Assembly (NCBI RefSeq): GCF_014280175.1
Contig: NZ_CP047931.1
Location: 540,001 to 572,000 of the forward strand
Source of the DNA: Synechococcus sp. A15-28
GTDB taxonomy: Bacteria > Cyanobacteriota > Cyanobacteriia > PCC-6307 > Cyanobiaceae
DNA length: 32,000 bases
Reading direction: 5' to 3'
The notes beneath the pieces were generated by a model. That model saw nothing but the letters and a program-made list of their open reading frames with translations, was not told the origin of the DNA and searched no databases. The translations under genes were made by a program, and so were the position numbers. This document shows, one piece after another, positions 24,260-32,000 of this stretch; the first letter of the stretch is position 1; each line of letters opens with the position of its first letter.

Positions 24260-25546
24260 TCAGATCTGATCCAGGGCCGTTGTGATGGCCCAATAGCACT
24301 GAGCCAGCTGATCGTCGCTGATGCACAGCGGTGGCAGCAGGTACACCACCTGTCCCAGGGGCCTTAAAAACACCCCATGCTCCAGGGCGATCCGTTTGAT
24401 GGTCGGCCCGGCTGGATTGAGATAGCCGGCATCTCCGCTGACGCTGAGATCGAAGGCCGCCACGGTGCCGGTCAGGCGGCAGTGCTTCACCTTGGGGTGG
24501 CTCTGGAGTTGTTCCAGATGGGGACGATGTCGGGCCTCGAACCCCTGGAACTGCTCGGGGTTCTGCTCAAGAAGGTCAAGGCTGGCGTTGGCCGCGGCGC
24601 ATCCCAGCGGATTGGCCGTGAAGCTGTGGCCGTGCCAGAGGGTCAGGCTGGGGTCTGCGCCAACAAAGGCCGAGAAGATCCGTTCGCTGGCCATGGTCAC
24701 GCCCATGGGCAGACAACCCCCGGTCAGGCCTTTGGAGAGTGCCATCAGATCCGGCTGGATTCCGGCACGCCGGCAGGCGAACCAGTCGCCGCATCGCCCG
24801 AAGCCAGTCAGGACTTCATCCGCGAGCAGCAGTGCGCCTGATTGGCGCACCAGCGCCTCCACCTGTTGGAGAAAGCTGCCGCGCACCATCGTCATCCCGC
24901 CGGCGCCCTGCAGCAATGGCTCCAGGATCACCGCAGCGGTGGGCTGCTGCAGCGTGGTTTCCAGCACCGCCAGGGCAGCCTGCTCCCTGGCCTCCACGTC
25001 CGGGTCATCCCACCAGGTGGCGGGCCAGGGGCAGCGGGCAACGGGAAAGAGTTTGTCGTCGAAGGGTTCGCTGAACAGGTTGCGTTCGCCCACGGCCATG
25101 GCTCCGAAGGTGTCGCCGTGATATGCCCCGTCGAAAGCCACGATCTGGTGCCGCGGTTCGCCGCGGTTCACCCACCACTGACAAGCGATCTTCAACGCCA
25201 CTTCCACAGCGGTGGAGCCGTTGTCGGAGAAAAACAGCCGATCGAGCCCCGTGATCTGGCTGAGCCGCTCGCCCAGGCGCTCCGCTGGCTCATGGGTGAA
25301 ATCAGCGAAGATCACCTGCTCGAGGCGGGCTGCCTGATCGGCAATGGCCTTGGCCATCACTGGGTGACCGTGGCCGTGCAGCGTCACCCACCAGCTGCTG
25401 ATGGCATCGATCAGGGGACGGCCCTGCTCGCGGAGCAACAGGGCACCTTCACCGGCGATGACCCGTTGTGGCAGCGCTGCTGAGGCGATCTGCGTGAACG
25501 GCGGCCAAAGGTTCGGATGTCGTGACTGATCAGCCGTTGTTCTCAT
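24260..25546 (-). CDS. bioA: Adenosylmethionine-8-amino-7-oxononanoate aminotransferase
   Basis: HPNLWPPFTQ, IDAISSWWVTLHGHGHP, the class-III aminotransferase body and LADEVLTGFGRCG. PLP lysine context DLMALSKGLTGG. Start ATG 25546, or 25570. The 558-aa ORF-track version adds a non-homologous Pro/Gln/Ser-rich extension. Confidence 0.92.
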   Translation of the reverse strand: MRTTADQSRHPNLWPPFTQIASAALPQRVIAGEGALLLREQGRPLIDAISSWWVTLHGHGHPVMAKAIADQAARLEQVIFADFTHEPAERLGERLSQITGLDRLFFSDNGSTAVEVALKIACQWWVNRGEPRHQIVAFDGAYHGDTFGAMAVGERNLFSEPFDDKLFPVARCPWPATWWDDPDVEAREQAALAVLETTLQQPTAAVILEPLLQGAGGMTMVRGSFLQQVEALVRQSGALLLADEVLTGFGRCGDWFACRRAGIQPDLMALSKGLTGGCLPMGVTMASERIFSAFVGADPSLTLWHGHSFTANPLGCAAANASLDLLEQNPEQFQGFEARHRPHLEQLQSHPKVKHCRLTGTVAAFDLSVSGDAGYLNPAGPTIKRIALEHGVFLRPLGQVVYLLPPLCISDDQLAQCYWAITTALDQI

Positions 25547-25599
25547 GGCGGCCTGGGCGTCTCTTGTCATATTGGGTCTCGGAGCCGCAGTGCCATCCC

Positions 25600-25875
25600 A
25601 TGGCCACAACGCGATCTCGACGGCTGTCGAAACGCTTTGTTCCTGCTGCTGGGGCTGGTCCCGAGGCGGTTGGCCTTGAGGGCCAGCGCAGCGAAGTGTT
25701 TGCAGAAGGTGGTTGGCCCTCCATTCGCGTGTTTCTGGAGATGAGGGGGTGGTCCCCCCTTCAGATTGATCAGATCCACGAACAGCTGCGTCAGGGTTGG
25801 CCGCTGTCCCAGGCCGTTCGTCAGGTGTCGATGCGGATGGGAACGTGTCCGCTGCGCTCGAAATCCCTCGGCTGA
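25600..25875 (+). CDS. Hypothetical protein (91 aa), opposite in orientation to the surrounding bio genes
   Basis: ATG at 25600 gives MATTRSRRLSKRFVPAAG...GGWPSIRVFLEMRGWSPLQIDQIHEQLRQGWPLSQAVRQV... My count of third-position G+C is 58/91 codons. I recognise no family. It is the only plausible coding frame in the roughly 330-nt gap upstream of bioA. Confidence 0.4.
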   Translation: MATTRSRRLSKRFVPAAGAGPEAVGLEGQRSEVFAEGGWPSIRVFLEMRGWSPLQIDQIHEQLRQGWPLSQAVRQVSMRMGTCPLRSKSLG

Positions 25876-26031
25876 TCAGCGGCAGACCTGACTGTTTTTC
25901 TGAGCCTCCGTGGCGATGGGGCCGCAGTTGACCCAACGCACCAGCAGCAGTTCAACATCGGTGAACAGCACCAGAATCCCCCCGCACAGGATCACCAGCA
26001 CCAGGCTGATCAGCGATTGAGGTGGCTTCAT
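25876..26031 (-). CDS. Small single-pass membrane protein (51 aa), translationally coupled to bioD
   Basis: Hand-translated: MKPPQSLISLVLVILCGGILVLFTDVELLLVRWVNCGPIATEAQKNSQVCR*. Its ATG (26031-26029) overlaps the bioD TGA (26030-28) as ATGA. Third-position G+C is 40/51 codons, typical of genes in this window. It is absent from the ORF track because it is under 60 aa. Confidence 0.5.
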   Translation of the reverse strand: MKPPQSLISLVLVILCGGILVLFTDVELLLVRWVNCGPIATEAQKNSQVCR

Positions 26032-26687
26032 GGCTGTTGGATGCCAAGCAGGTCCTGGAATTTAGAGCTCAAGTGCTGACGTCTCCATTCCCTGGCCAGT
26101 GATTCAGCCGTCAGAGGGGCGAGGGGCGGCAGATGAGCCAGAACCGGCACACCACCGAAGTGTTCAAGGGTGGCTGGGTTGTCGGCATGGGCGGGGCCGT
26201 TGAGGATCAGCCCCAGCACCGTCAACTGACGACGCTTGAGGGCCTCCAGGCTCAGCAGTGTGTGGTTCAGAGTTCCGAGCCCGCTGCGGGCCACCAGAAC
26301 AATCGGCAGACCCCAGCGCTGCAGCTGGTCGATCTGCAGCCATTGCCGCGTCAAGGGCACCATCAGTCCGCCGGCGGTCTCCACCACCAGGGGCGCCGAG
26401 CAGTGAGGAACGACCAAGGCCTCGGGGTTGAGCATGGTGCTGTCCAGCTCAGCGGCCCAATGGGGCGATACCGGCTGTTGAAACGCATAGGCCTCGGGCA
26501 GCATGCGGTCAGGGGCGAGCTGAAGAAGGTCCTGCACCCGGCCGAGATCGCCGCCGTCCTCCAGTCCGCTCTGCACCGGCTTCCAGTAATGAGCGTTCAG
26601 CCCCTGCACCAGCCAGGCGCTGACGACGGTTTTGCCCACGTCGGTGTCCGTGCCGCAGACCACGATCTGGGGAGATGAATGGTTCAT
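26028..26687 (-). CDS. bioD: Dethiobiotin synthase (ATP-dependent)
   Basis: MNHSSPQIVVCGTDTDVGKTVVSAWL (GTDTxVGKT P-loop). The ATG at 26687 overlaps the bioC stop as ATGA. The longer ORF-track start at 26768 lies inside bioC. Confidence 0.9.
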   Translation of the reverse strand: MNHSSPQIVVCGTDTDVGKTVVSAWLVQGLNAHYWKPVQSGLEDGGDLGRVQDLLQLAPDRMLPEAYAFQQPVSPHWAAELDSTMLNPEALVVPHCSAPLVVETAGGLMVPLTRQWLQIDQLQRWGLPIVLVARSGLGTLNHTLLSLEALKRRQLTVLGLILNGPAHADNPATLEHFGGVPVLAHLPPLAPLTAESLAREWRRQHLSSKFQDLLGIQQP

Positions 26688-27430
26688 CGATTCAGCATCA
26701 GGCTCAGCACCTGCCAGGTGAGGGTCGGCGTTTCCGCATCGGGCCAGGCTCGCGCCAGACGACGCCACTGACCAGGTCCCAGGGCGGCATGCCGGCTGGT
26801 GCCGGCTCCGATGCTGGTCATCGGACGCAGCAGCTCCAGTGGCCGCTGGGCCCGGCGGCTGAAGCGATGCAGCCGTTGATGACGTACTGCCGAGGCAGGG
26901 AGAGCGTCCAACAGGTCATCGGCTCTTGGGAAGCGCAGTGCTGTGCAGGGCAGTTCGGCTCGTTCAGCGGCCTGATGCCATTGATGGAAACTGCCGGCTA
27001 CAGGAACAGCAACGACCAGCCAGCCCCCTTGCCCAAGTTGTTCAAACCAATGCTGCAGACATCGCGTTGGCTCGCTCAGCCAGTGCAGAACGAAACTGGA
27101 ACTCAGCAGCACCGGCGCTGAGCTCCAGGTCGGCAACGGCTGGTTCAGATCCACACAGCTGGTTTGGGCCGTTGGAGCATGGCGGCGGAGCATGGCGTCG
27201 CTGCCATCAAGCCGCAGCACCCTCTGGCCGGGATGCAGGCGTTCCAGATCATCCGCCAGTAAGCCGGTGCCACTGCCGAGATCCACCCAGAGCCCTCTGG
27301 GTATGGGCTGGCGACGGCAGCGCTCAGCCAGTTGCCTGGCCGTGGCGCGCTGGAGCCTGGCGGCGCCGTCGTACCGATCCGCGGATCGGCTGAAGCGCGC
27401 CACAACCCGTTGGCTCCAGGGATCGGTCAT
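26684..27430 (-). CDS. bioC: Malonyl-ACP O-methyltransferase-like class I SAM methyltransferase
   Basis: RFSRSADRYDGAARLQRATARQL, then the SAM motif WVDLGSGTGLL. It sits between an esterase and bioD in a bio cluster. ATGA overlaps occur at both ends. Confidence 0.8.
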   Translation of the reverse strand: MTDPWSQRVVARFSRSADRYDGAARLQRATARQLAERCRRQPIPRGLWVDLGSGTGLLADDLERLHPGQRVLRLDGSDAMLRRHAPTAQTSCVDLNQPLPTWSSAPVLLSSSFVLHWLSEPTRCLQHWFEQLGQGGWLVVAVPVAGSFHQWHQAAERAELPCTALRFPRADDLLDALPASAVRHQRLHRFSRRAQRPLELLRPMTSIGAGTSRHAALGPGQWRRLARAWPDAETPTLTWQVLSLMLNR

Positions 27431-28116
27431 GGATGACCTGACCAGCGCAACACCAGATCCAGCACCGCCGGCGTCACCAGGGCATGCCCCTCATCAGGGC
27501 GGAAAACGTGGTCGGTCCGCGCCATGTTCAGAGCCTGCAGCAGTTGGGTTCGGCTCTCCGGGCAGACGATCGCGTCCTGCTCCCCTTGCACCACCAGAAC
27601 CTTGGCTGCCTCGGGCCAGCCTTTCGGCAGGTCTCGACACTGCTGAAGCAGGGCCAGATCCTGCTGAAGCCGTTGGCGGCCTGGGGGATCCAACCCCTGC
27701 AGCAGTGCATTGTTTGGCAGAGCCGAGAGCGGCAGGGGTGAGGCGCAGCGGGTCAGGAACTTGCGCAACATCCCTGCCTCCTCCGCTGTCCCCAAGCTGG
27801 AGGCCATGCCCTTGAGCGCCACAGCCAGCGCCCGTCCTGCGGCGCCTGCGGGCACGAAGGCGGTAAAACCCGCCAGGCTCACCACGGCATCCGCCCTTTG
27901 CAGGATGGTCTCCGGCAGGAGATGGATCCCTAGGGAGTGGGCGATCACCAGACGCCGACCCGGCTGCTCAGTCCAGGCCGGCCGGCGGGGTTCCCGCTGT
28001 CCATAGCCCCGTTCCAGCGCATCCCAGTGCCAGCCCTCGGCCTCAAACCGCCGCTGCCAGGCCCGCCACACCGTTGCATCCCCGGCCCAGCCATGGGCGG
28101 CGATCACCTGATTCAT
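27427..28116 (-). CDS. bioK: Alpha/beta-hydrolase, probable pimeloyl-ACP methyl ester esterase (BioH-function; BioK-type)
   Basis: 229 aa. Nucleophile elbow AHSLG, with acid and His candidates in GEQDAIV and DEGHALV. It lies between bioF and bioC with ATGA overlaps on both sides. A distinct esterase class, BioK, has been described for Synechococcus/Prochlorococcus bio clusters. The assignment rests on context and has not been verified by alignment. Confidence 0.65.
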   Translation of the reverse strand: MNQVIAAHGWAGDATVWRAWQRRFEAEGWHWDALERGYGQREPRRPAWTEQPGRRLVIAHSLGIHLLPETILQRADAVVSLAGFTAFVPAGAAGRALAVALKGMASSLGTAEEAGMLRKFLTRCASPLPLSALPNNALLQGLDPPGRQRLQQDLALLQQCRDLPKGWPEAAKVLVVQGEQDAIVCPESRTQLLQALNMARTDHVFRPDEGHALVTPAVLDLVLRWSGHP

Positions 28117-29240
28117 GGGCAGGGGAGGGCCTTCAGCAGCTGCTCCACCGTCTCATCCGGCAGGTCGCGTCGCAGCACCAGCCGCAGCCGTGCGGTCCCT
28201 TCCGGAACGGTGGGCGGCCGGATCGCGACACAGAGCAATCCGTTGTCCTCCAGACCTGCCTGACCGGCAAGGGCCGCTGCATCGTCGCCCAACAGCAGGG
28301 GCAGCACAGGTCCCAGCCCCGCAGGCCGTGTCCAGCCTTCGCTTTCCAGGGCATCCCTCCAGCGGCTCGCCCGCTGCTGCAGTTGTCGGCTCCAGTGCGG
28401 ATGGGATCGGATCAGGTTCAGCGCCGCCTGGGCTCCGGCTACCAGGGGTGGAGCCAACGCCGTGGTGTAGCGGAAGGCGCCACTGGTCTGCAGCAAGACG
28501 TCGCCGAGGTCGGCATCACAGGCCAGGAAGGCCCCGCCACTGCCGAAGGCTTTCCCGAAGGTCCCGCTGATCAGACGCACCGGTTCGATGCCGAAGCAGA
28601 GGCCACGACCCTCCGGACCCAGGACCCCGAGGGCATGGGCTTCATCCATCAGAAGATCCGCCCCAAAGCGCTGGCACAGCACAGCCAGCGCGGCCACATC
28701 GGGACTGGTGCCCTCCATGCTGAACAGGCTTTCGCTGAGCACCACCACGGATCCCGGCTGGCCGGCCAACGCCTCAAGCCGCCGCTCGAGATCCGTCAGG
28801 TCGTTGTGCTGGAAGCGCTGCAGACGGGCACCGCTGGCCCGCACTCCCACCAGCAGCGAGTGGTGAATCAGTCGATCGGCCAGCACGGTGGTGTGCCGGT
28901 TGGCCAGCACGCTGACGGCTGCGAGGTTCGCCTGGAAGCCGCTGGGAAACAGCAGCACGCAGGCGCGTCCAAGCCACTCGGCCAGATCGGCCTCCAGATG
29001 GGCGTGACGGGGCCTGCTGCCGGTGACCAGGCGTGAGGCGCCGGCCCCGACTCCATCGTTGCGAAGAGCTTCGCTGGCCGCTTCGATCACCTCCGGATGA
29101 CGGCTGAGGCCGAGGTAATCGTTGCTGGCCAGATCCAGTAAAGGGGGTTGCTCGGTCTGAGCCCGCTGCAGGGTCCACGGCAGATCACCGCTGCTCCAGC
29201 TGTGAAGCGTGCGTCGGCGTGCGGGGTCCAGGGAAGCCAT
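28113..29240 (-). CDS. bioF: 8-amino-7-oxononanoate synthase
   Basis: LASNDYLGLSRHP, DEAHALGVLGPEGRG and the PLP-lysine context SGTFGKAFGSGGAF. The ATG at 29240 is preferred; a GTG at 29261 is an alternative. Confidence 0.9.
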   Translation of the reverse strand: MASLDPARRRTLHSWSSGDLPWTLQRAQTEQPPLLDLASNDYLGLSRHPEVIEAASEALRNDGVGAGASRLVTGSRPRHAHLEADLAEWLGRACVLLFPSGFQANLAAVSVLANRHTTVLADRLIHHSLLVGVRASGARLQRFQHNDLTDLERRLEALAGQPGSVVVLSESLFSMEGTSPDVAALAVLCQRFGADLLMDEAHALGVLGPEGRGLCFGIEPVRLISGTFGKAFGSGGAFLACDADLGDVLLQTSGAFRYTTALAPPLVAGAQAALNLIRSHPHWSRQLQQRASRWRDALESEGWTRPAGLGPVLPLLLGDDAAALAGQAGLEDNGLLCVAIRPPTVPEGTARLRLVLRRDLPDETVEQLLKALPCP

Positions 29241-29294
29241 GGCTCCAGTCTGGGCGGTCACTGGGGATCAGGATGGGCGTTTCACTGGCCGGTG

Positions 29295-30242
29295 ATGTCC
29301 CTCGAGCGATTCACCACGTTGTTTCCGCTCTGGACGCTGTTGGGATCACTGCTGGCGTTGGTGCACCCCCCTCTGTTCAGCTGGTTCCGGGGACCGTTGA
29401 TCACCATCGGGCTGGGTTTGATCATGCTGGGCATGGGCCTCGGCCTGGCGCCGCGCGACTTCCTGCGGGTCAGCCGACAGCCTGGAACGGCGACCGTGGG
29501 GTTGATCTCCCAGTTCCTGGTGATGCCGACCTTGGCGGCGGCCATCGCCATGGTGTTGCAGCTGCCCACACCGTTGGCTGTCGGTCTGATCTTGGTGGGC
29601 TGTTGTCCGGGGGGGACCGCCAGCAATGTGGTGACGCTGATTGCCAAGGGGGATGTGGCCTTATCGGTGGTGATGACCAGCATCAGCACCGTGGCGGCTG
29701 TGGTGCTGACGCCACGACTGACGGACGTTCTGGCCAGCCAGTACGTGCCGGTGGATGGCGGGTTGCTGCTGCTGCGGGTGCTGCAGGTGGTGCTGGTGCC
29801 TGTGACCTGTGGGGTGCTGCTGAAACAGGGATTGCCGAGGTTGGCCAGCCGTGTGGAGCCGGCCATGCCTCCAATTGCGGTGGTCGCCATCGTTCTGATC
29901 GTGGCCAGCGTGGTGGGAAGTCAGCGTCAGCTGCTGCTCGAGCAGGGGGCGCTGTTGCTGCTGGCCTGTCTACTGCTCCACGGCGGAGGGTTTCTGCTGG
30001 GTTTCCTGATGGCTCGAATGGCGGGGGCCTCCAGCCAGGCCCAGCGCACCATCAGCATTGAAGTGGGCATGCAGAATTCCGGGCTGGCGGTCGTCCTGGC
30101 CCGCAGTGGTGGTTTCGCAAGTCCTCTCACGGCGCTGCCAGGAGCAATCTCAGCGGTGGTCCACTGCCTGCTTGGCAGCGCGCTGGCTGCCCTGTGGCGT
30201 CGATCAGGCCGCGAAGAAGTCTGGAGCAGTCCACCTCCCTAG
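29295..30242 (+). CDS. Bile acid:sodium symporter (BASS/SBF-like) family transporter
   Basis: FTTLFPLWTLLGSLLAL, GLILVGCCPGGTASNVVT and IEVGMQNSGLA are hallmark BASS motifs. ATG 29295 is chosen because the ORF-track start at 29148 lies inside bioF on the other strand. Confidence 0.85.
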   Translation: MSLERFTTLFPLWTLLGSLLALVHPPLFSWFRGPLITIGLGLIMLGMGLGLAPRDFLRVSRQPGTATVGLISQFLVMPTLAAAIAMVLQLPTPLAVGLILVGCCPGGTASNVVTLIAKGDVALSVVMTSISTVAAVVLTPRLTDVLASQYVPVDGGLLLLRVLQVVLVPVTCGVLLKQGLPRLASRVEPAMPPIAVVAIVLIVASVVGSQRQLLLEQGALLLLACLLLHGGGFLLGFLMARMAGASSQAQRTISIEVGMQNSGLAVVLARSGGFASPLTALPGAISAVVHCLLGSALAALWRRSGREEVWSSPPP

Positions 30243-30269
30243 GATTCAGGAAGGTGTTCAGGGCCCGTG

Positions 30270-32000
30270 ATGGCTGCGTCCGGCCTCGACCCAACAACGA
30301 TCTTTCCCTTCCCGCTGGACGACTTCCAGCTGGAGGCCATCGATGCGCTGAACCAGGGCCATTCGGTGGTGGTGAGTGCCCCCACGGGGTCCGGTAAGAC
30401 CCTGGTGGGGGAGTACGCCATCCATCGGGCCCTCGCCCATGGACAGAAGGTGTTCTACACAACGCCACTCAAGGCGTTGTCCAACCAGAAACTGCGCGAC
30501 TTCCGGGAGGCCTACGGCGAGGACAACGTCGGGTTGATGACCGGTGACTTCAGCGTCAACCGTGAGGCCTCCATCGTTGTGATGACCACGGAGATCTTCC
30601 GCAACATGCTCTATGCGGAAGCCAGTGAGCACGACGACCCGCTGGCGGACGTGGAAGCCGTGGTGCTGGACGAGTGCCACTACATGAACGACTCCCAGCG
30701 CGGCACGGTCTGGGAGGAATCCATCATTCACTGCCCACCCTCGGTGCAGCTGGTGGCTCTGTCGGCGACGGTGGCCAACGCAGTGCAGCTCACCGATTGG
30801 ATCGAGAAGGTGCATGGTCCGACGACCCTGGTGCTCAGCGATCACCGGCCGGTGCCGCTGCAGTTCAGCTTCTGCAGTGCCAAGGGCTTGCATCCGCTTC
30901 TCAATGAGGCGGGAACCGGACTCCACCCCAATTGCAAGGTCTGGCGTGCGCCGAAGGGGCACAAACGCAAGGGACGTTCCGCCAAGCCTCCTCAGCCTGA
31001 GCCGCCACCGATCAGCTTCGTGGTGGCGCAGATGGCGGAACGGGACATGCTCCCCGCCATCTATTTCATTTTCAGCCGCCGTGGTTGCGACAAGGCCGTG
31101 CGTGATCTCGGCATTCAGTGTCTGGTCAACAAGGAGGAGCAGGCCCGGATCCGGGCACGATTGACGGCTTACAGCAATGACAACCCTGAGGCGGTGCGGG
31201 ATGGCATCCATGCCGATGCCCTGCTGAGGGGAATCGCCGCCCACCATGCCGGCGTCCTTCCGGCCTGGAAGGAATTGATTGAAGAGCTGTTCCAGCAGGG
31301 CCTGGTCAAGGTGGTCTTCGCGACGGAAACCCTGGCTGCCGGTATCAACATGCCGGCCCGCACCACCGTGATCGCGGCTTTGTCCAAACGCACGGAACGG
31401 GGCCATCGTCCGCTGATGGGCAGTGAGTTCCTGCAGATGGCCGGTCGCGCCGGGCGTCGCGGCCTGGATTCAAAGGGCTACGTCGTCACCGTTCAGAGCC
31501 GCTTCGAAGGCGTTCGGGAAGCGGGGCAGCTGGCCACCAGCCCTGCGGATCCGCTAGTCAGTCAGTTCACCCCCAGTTACGGCATGGTGCTGAACCTGCT
31601 GCAGCGCCATGACCTCAACAAGGCACGGGAATTGGTGGAGCGCAGTTTCGGGCGCTATCTGGCCAGCCTGGATCTGGTGGAGGAAGAGGAGATGCTGTCC
31701 CAACTGAGGCTGCAGCTCGGACAGCTTGAGGGGGTGGCAGGGGACATCCCCTGGGAGGACTTCGAGGAGTACGAAAAGCTCCGAGGCCGTCTGCGGGAGG
31801 AGCGGCGACTGCTGCGGATTCTGCAGCAACAGGCTGAAGAGACCCTGGCCAACGAACTCACCCTGGCGTTGCAGTTCGCCAGCACCGGCACGCTGGTGAG
31901 CCTCAAATCACCGCAGCTGCGCGGCAAGGTGACCCCCGCCGTGATCGTCGACAAAGTGGACGGCCCCGGTCAGTTCCCGCTGCTGCTCTGCCTCAGCGAT
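30270..32000 (+). CDS. Ski2/HelY-like DEAD/DEAH-box (superfamily 2) helicase, 3' end beyond window
   Basis: Not in the ORF track because there is no stop inside the window. I translated it by hand from ATG 30270 to base 32000, 577 codons with no stop. Motif I SAPTGSGKT, motif II VLDECHY, motif III LSATVAN, HHAGVLPAWKELIEELFQQGLVKVVFATETLAAGINMPART, and motif VI QMAGRAGRRG. Confidence 0.9.
   Translation, partial: MAASGLDPTTIFPFPLDDFQLEAIDALNQGHSVVVSAPTGSGKTLVGEYAIHRALAHGQKVFYTTPLKALSNQKLRDFREAYGEDNVGLMTGDFSVNREASIVVMTTEIFRNMLYAEASEHDDPLADVEAVVLDECHYMNDSQRGTVWEESIIHCPPSVQLVALSATVANAVQLTDWIEKVHGPTTLVLSDHRPVPLQFSFCSAKGLHPLLNEAGTGLHPNCKVWRAPKGHKRKGRSAKPPQPEPPPISFVVAQMAERDMLPAIYFIFSRRGCDKAVRDLGIQCLVNKEEQARIRARLTAYSNDNPEAVRDGIHADALLRGIAAHHAGVLPAWKELIEELFQQGLVKVVFATETLAAGINMPARTTVIAALSKRTERGHRPLMGSEFLQMAGRAGRRGLDSKGYVVTVQSRFEGVREAGQLATSPADPLVSQFTPSYGMVLNLLQRHDLNKARELVERSFGRYLASLDLVEEEEMLSQLRLQLGQLEGVAGDIPWEDFEEYEKLRGRLREERRLLRILQQQAEETLANELTLALQFASTGTLVSLKSPQLRGKVTPAVIVDKVDGPGQFPLLLCLSD

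Noticed and set aside
25547-25936. N-terminal 130-residue extension that makes the bioA ORF 558 aa
   Set aside because: The extension (MGQLRPHRHGGSEKQSG...PRDQPQQQEQ) is Pro/Gln/Ser-rich and unlike any aminotransferase. BioA homology begins at HPNLWPPFTQ just after ATG 25546/25570. The extension would also overlap the small minus-strand ORF and the plus-strand ORF.
30258-31406. 382-aa minus-strand ORF, the only long ORF the track lists in this region
   Set aside because: The plus strand carries a continuous helicase frame with motifs I, II, III and VI from 30270 to the window end. The minus ORF is its antisense shadow.

Overview
Compact, GC-rich cyanobacterial chromosome segment. The split rpoC1/rpoC2, an hli gene, a BioC-type biotin cluster and about 60-70% GC in core genes point to a marine Synechococcus-type picocyanobacterium. 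This taxon call is an inference; no search was run.

Gene order: htrA-like protease (5' partial), rpiA, hisD(-), rpsT, tatD-like, rpoB-rpoC1-rpoC2, hli (not in the ORF track), rlmN. Next comes an accessory-looking stretch at 15058-19658, described below. After it: a HEAT-repeat protein, a tightly coupled DUF2997-DUF1257-ferredoxin-aldo/keto reductase operon, rsmG(-), and a J-domain membrane protein overlapping a DUF3143 gene. Then a minus-strand biotin cluster, bioF-esterase-bioC-bioD-(51-aa membrane ORF), with bioA further downstream, followed by a BASS-family transporter and a Ski2/HelY-like helicase (3' partial, not in the ORF track).

The accessory stretch holds an AT-rich family-2 sulfotransferase(-), a Na+/solute symporter(+), a KpsT-like ABC ATPase homologue whose catalytic motifs are all eroded(-), and a second sulfotransferase-fold protein(-).

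No rRNA, tRNA, CRISPR array, transposase or integrase was seen.

Most interesting observations:
- The pseudo-ATPase/sulfotransferase module.
- A 22-bp perfect palindrome that forms the overlapping 3' ends of rpiA and hisD, so both proteins end in KRLS.
- Four consecutive ATGA stop/start overlaps in the bio cluster, the last leading into an unlisted 51-aa transmembrane ORF.
- A structured 277-nt rpoB leader.

The many long ORFs antisense to real genes are treated as high-GC artefacts.
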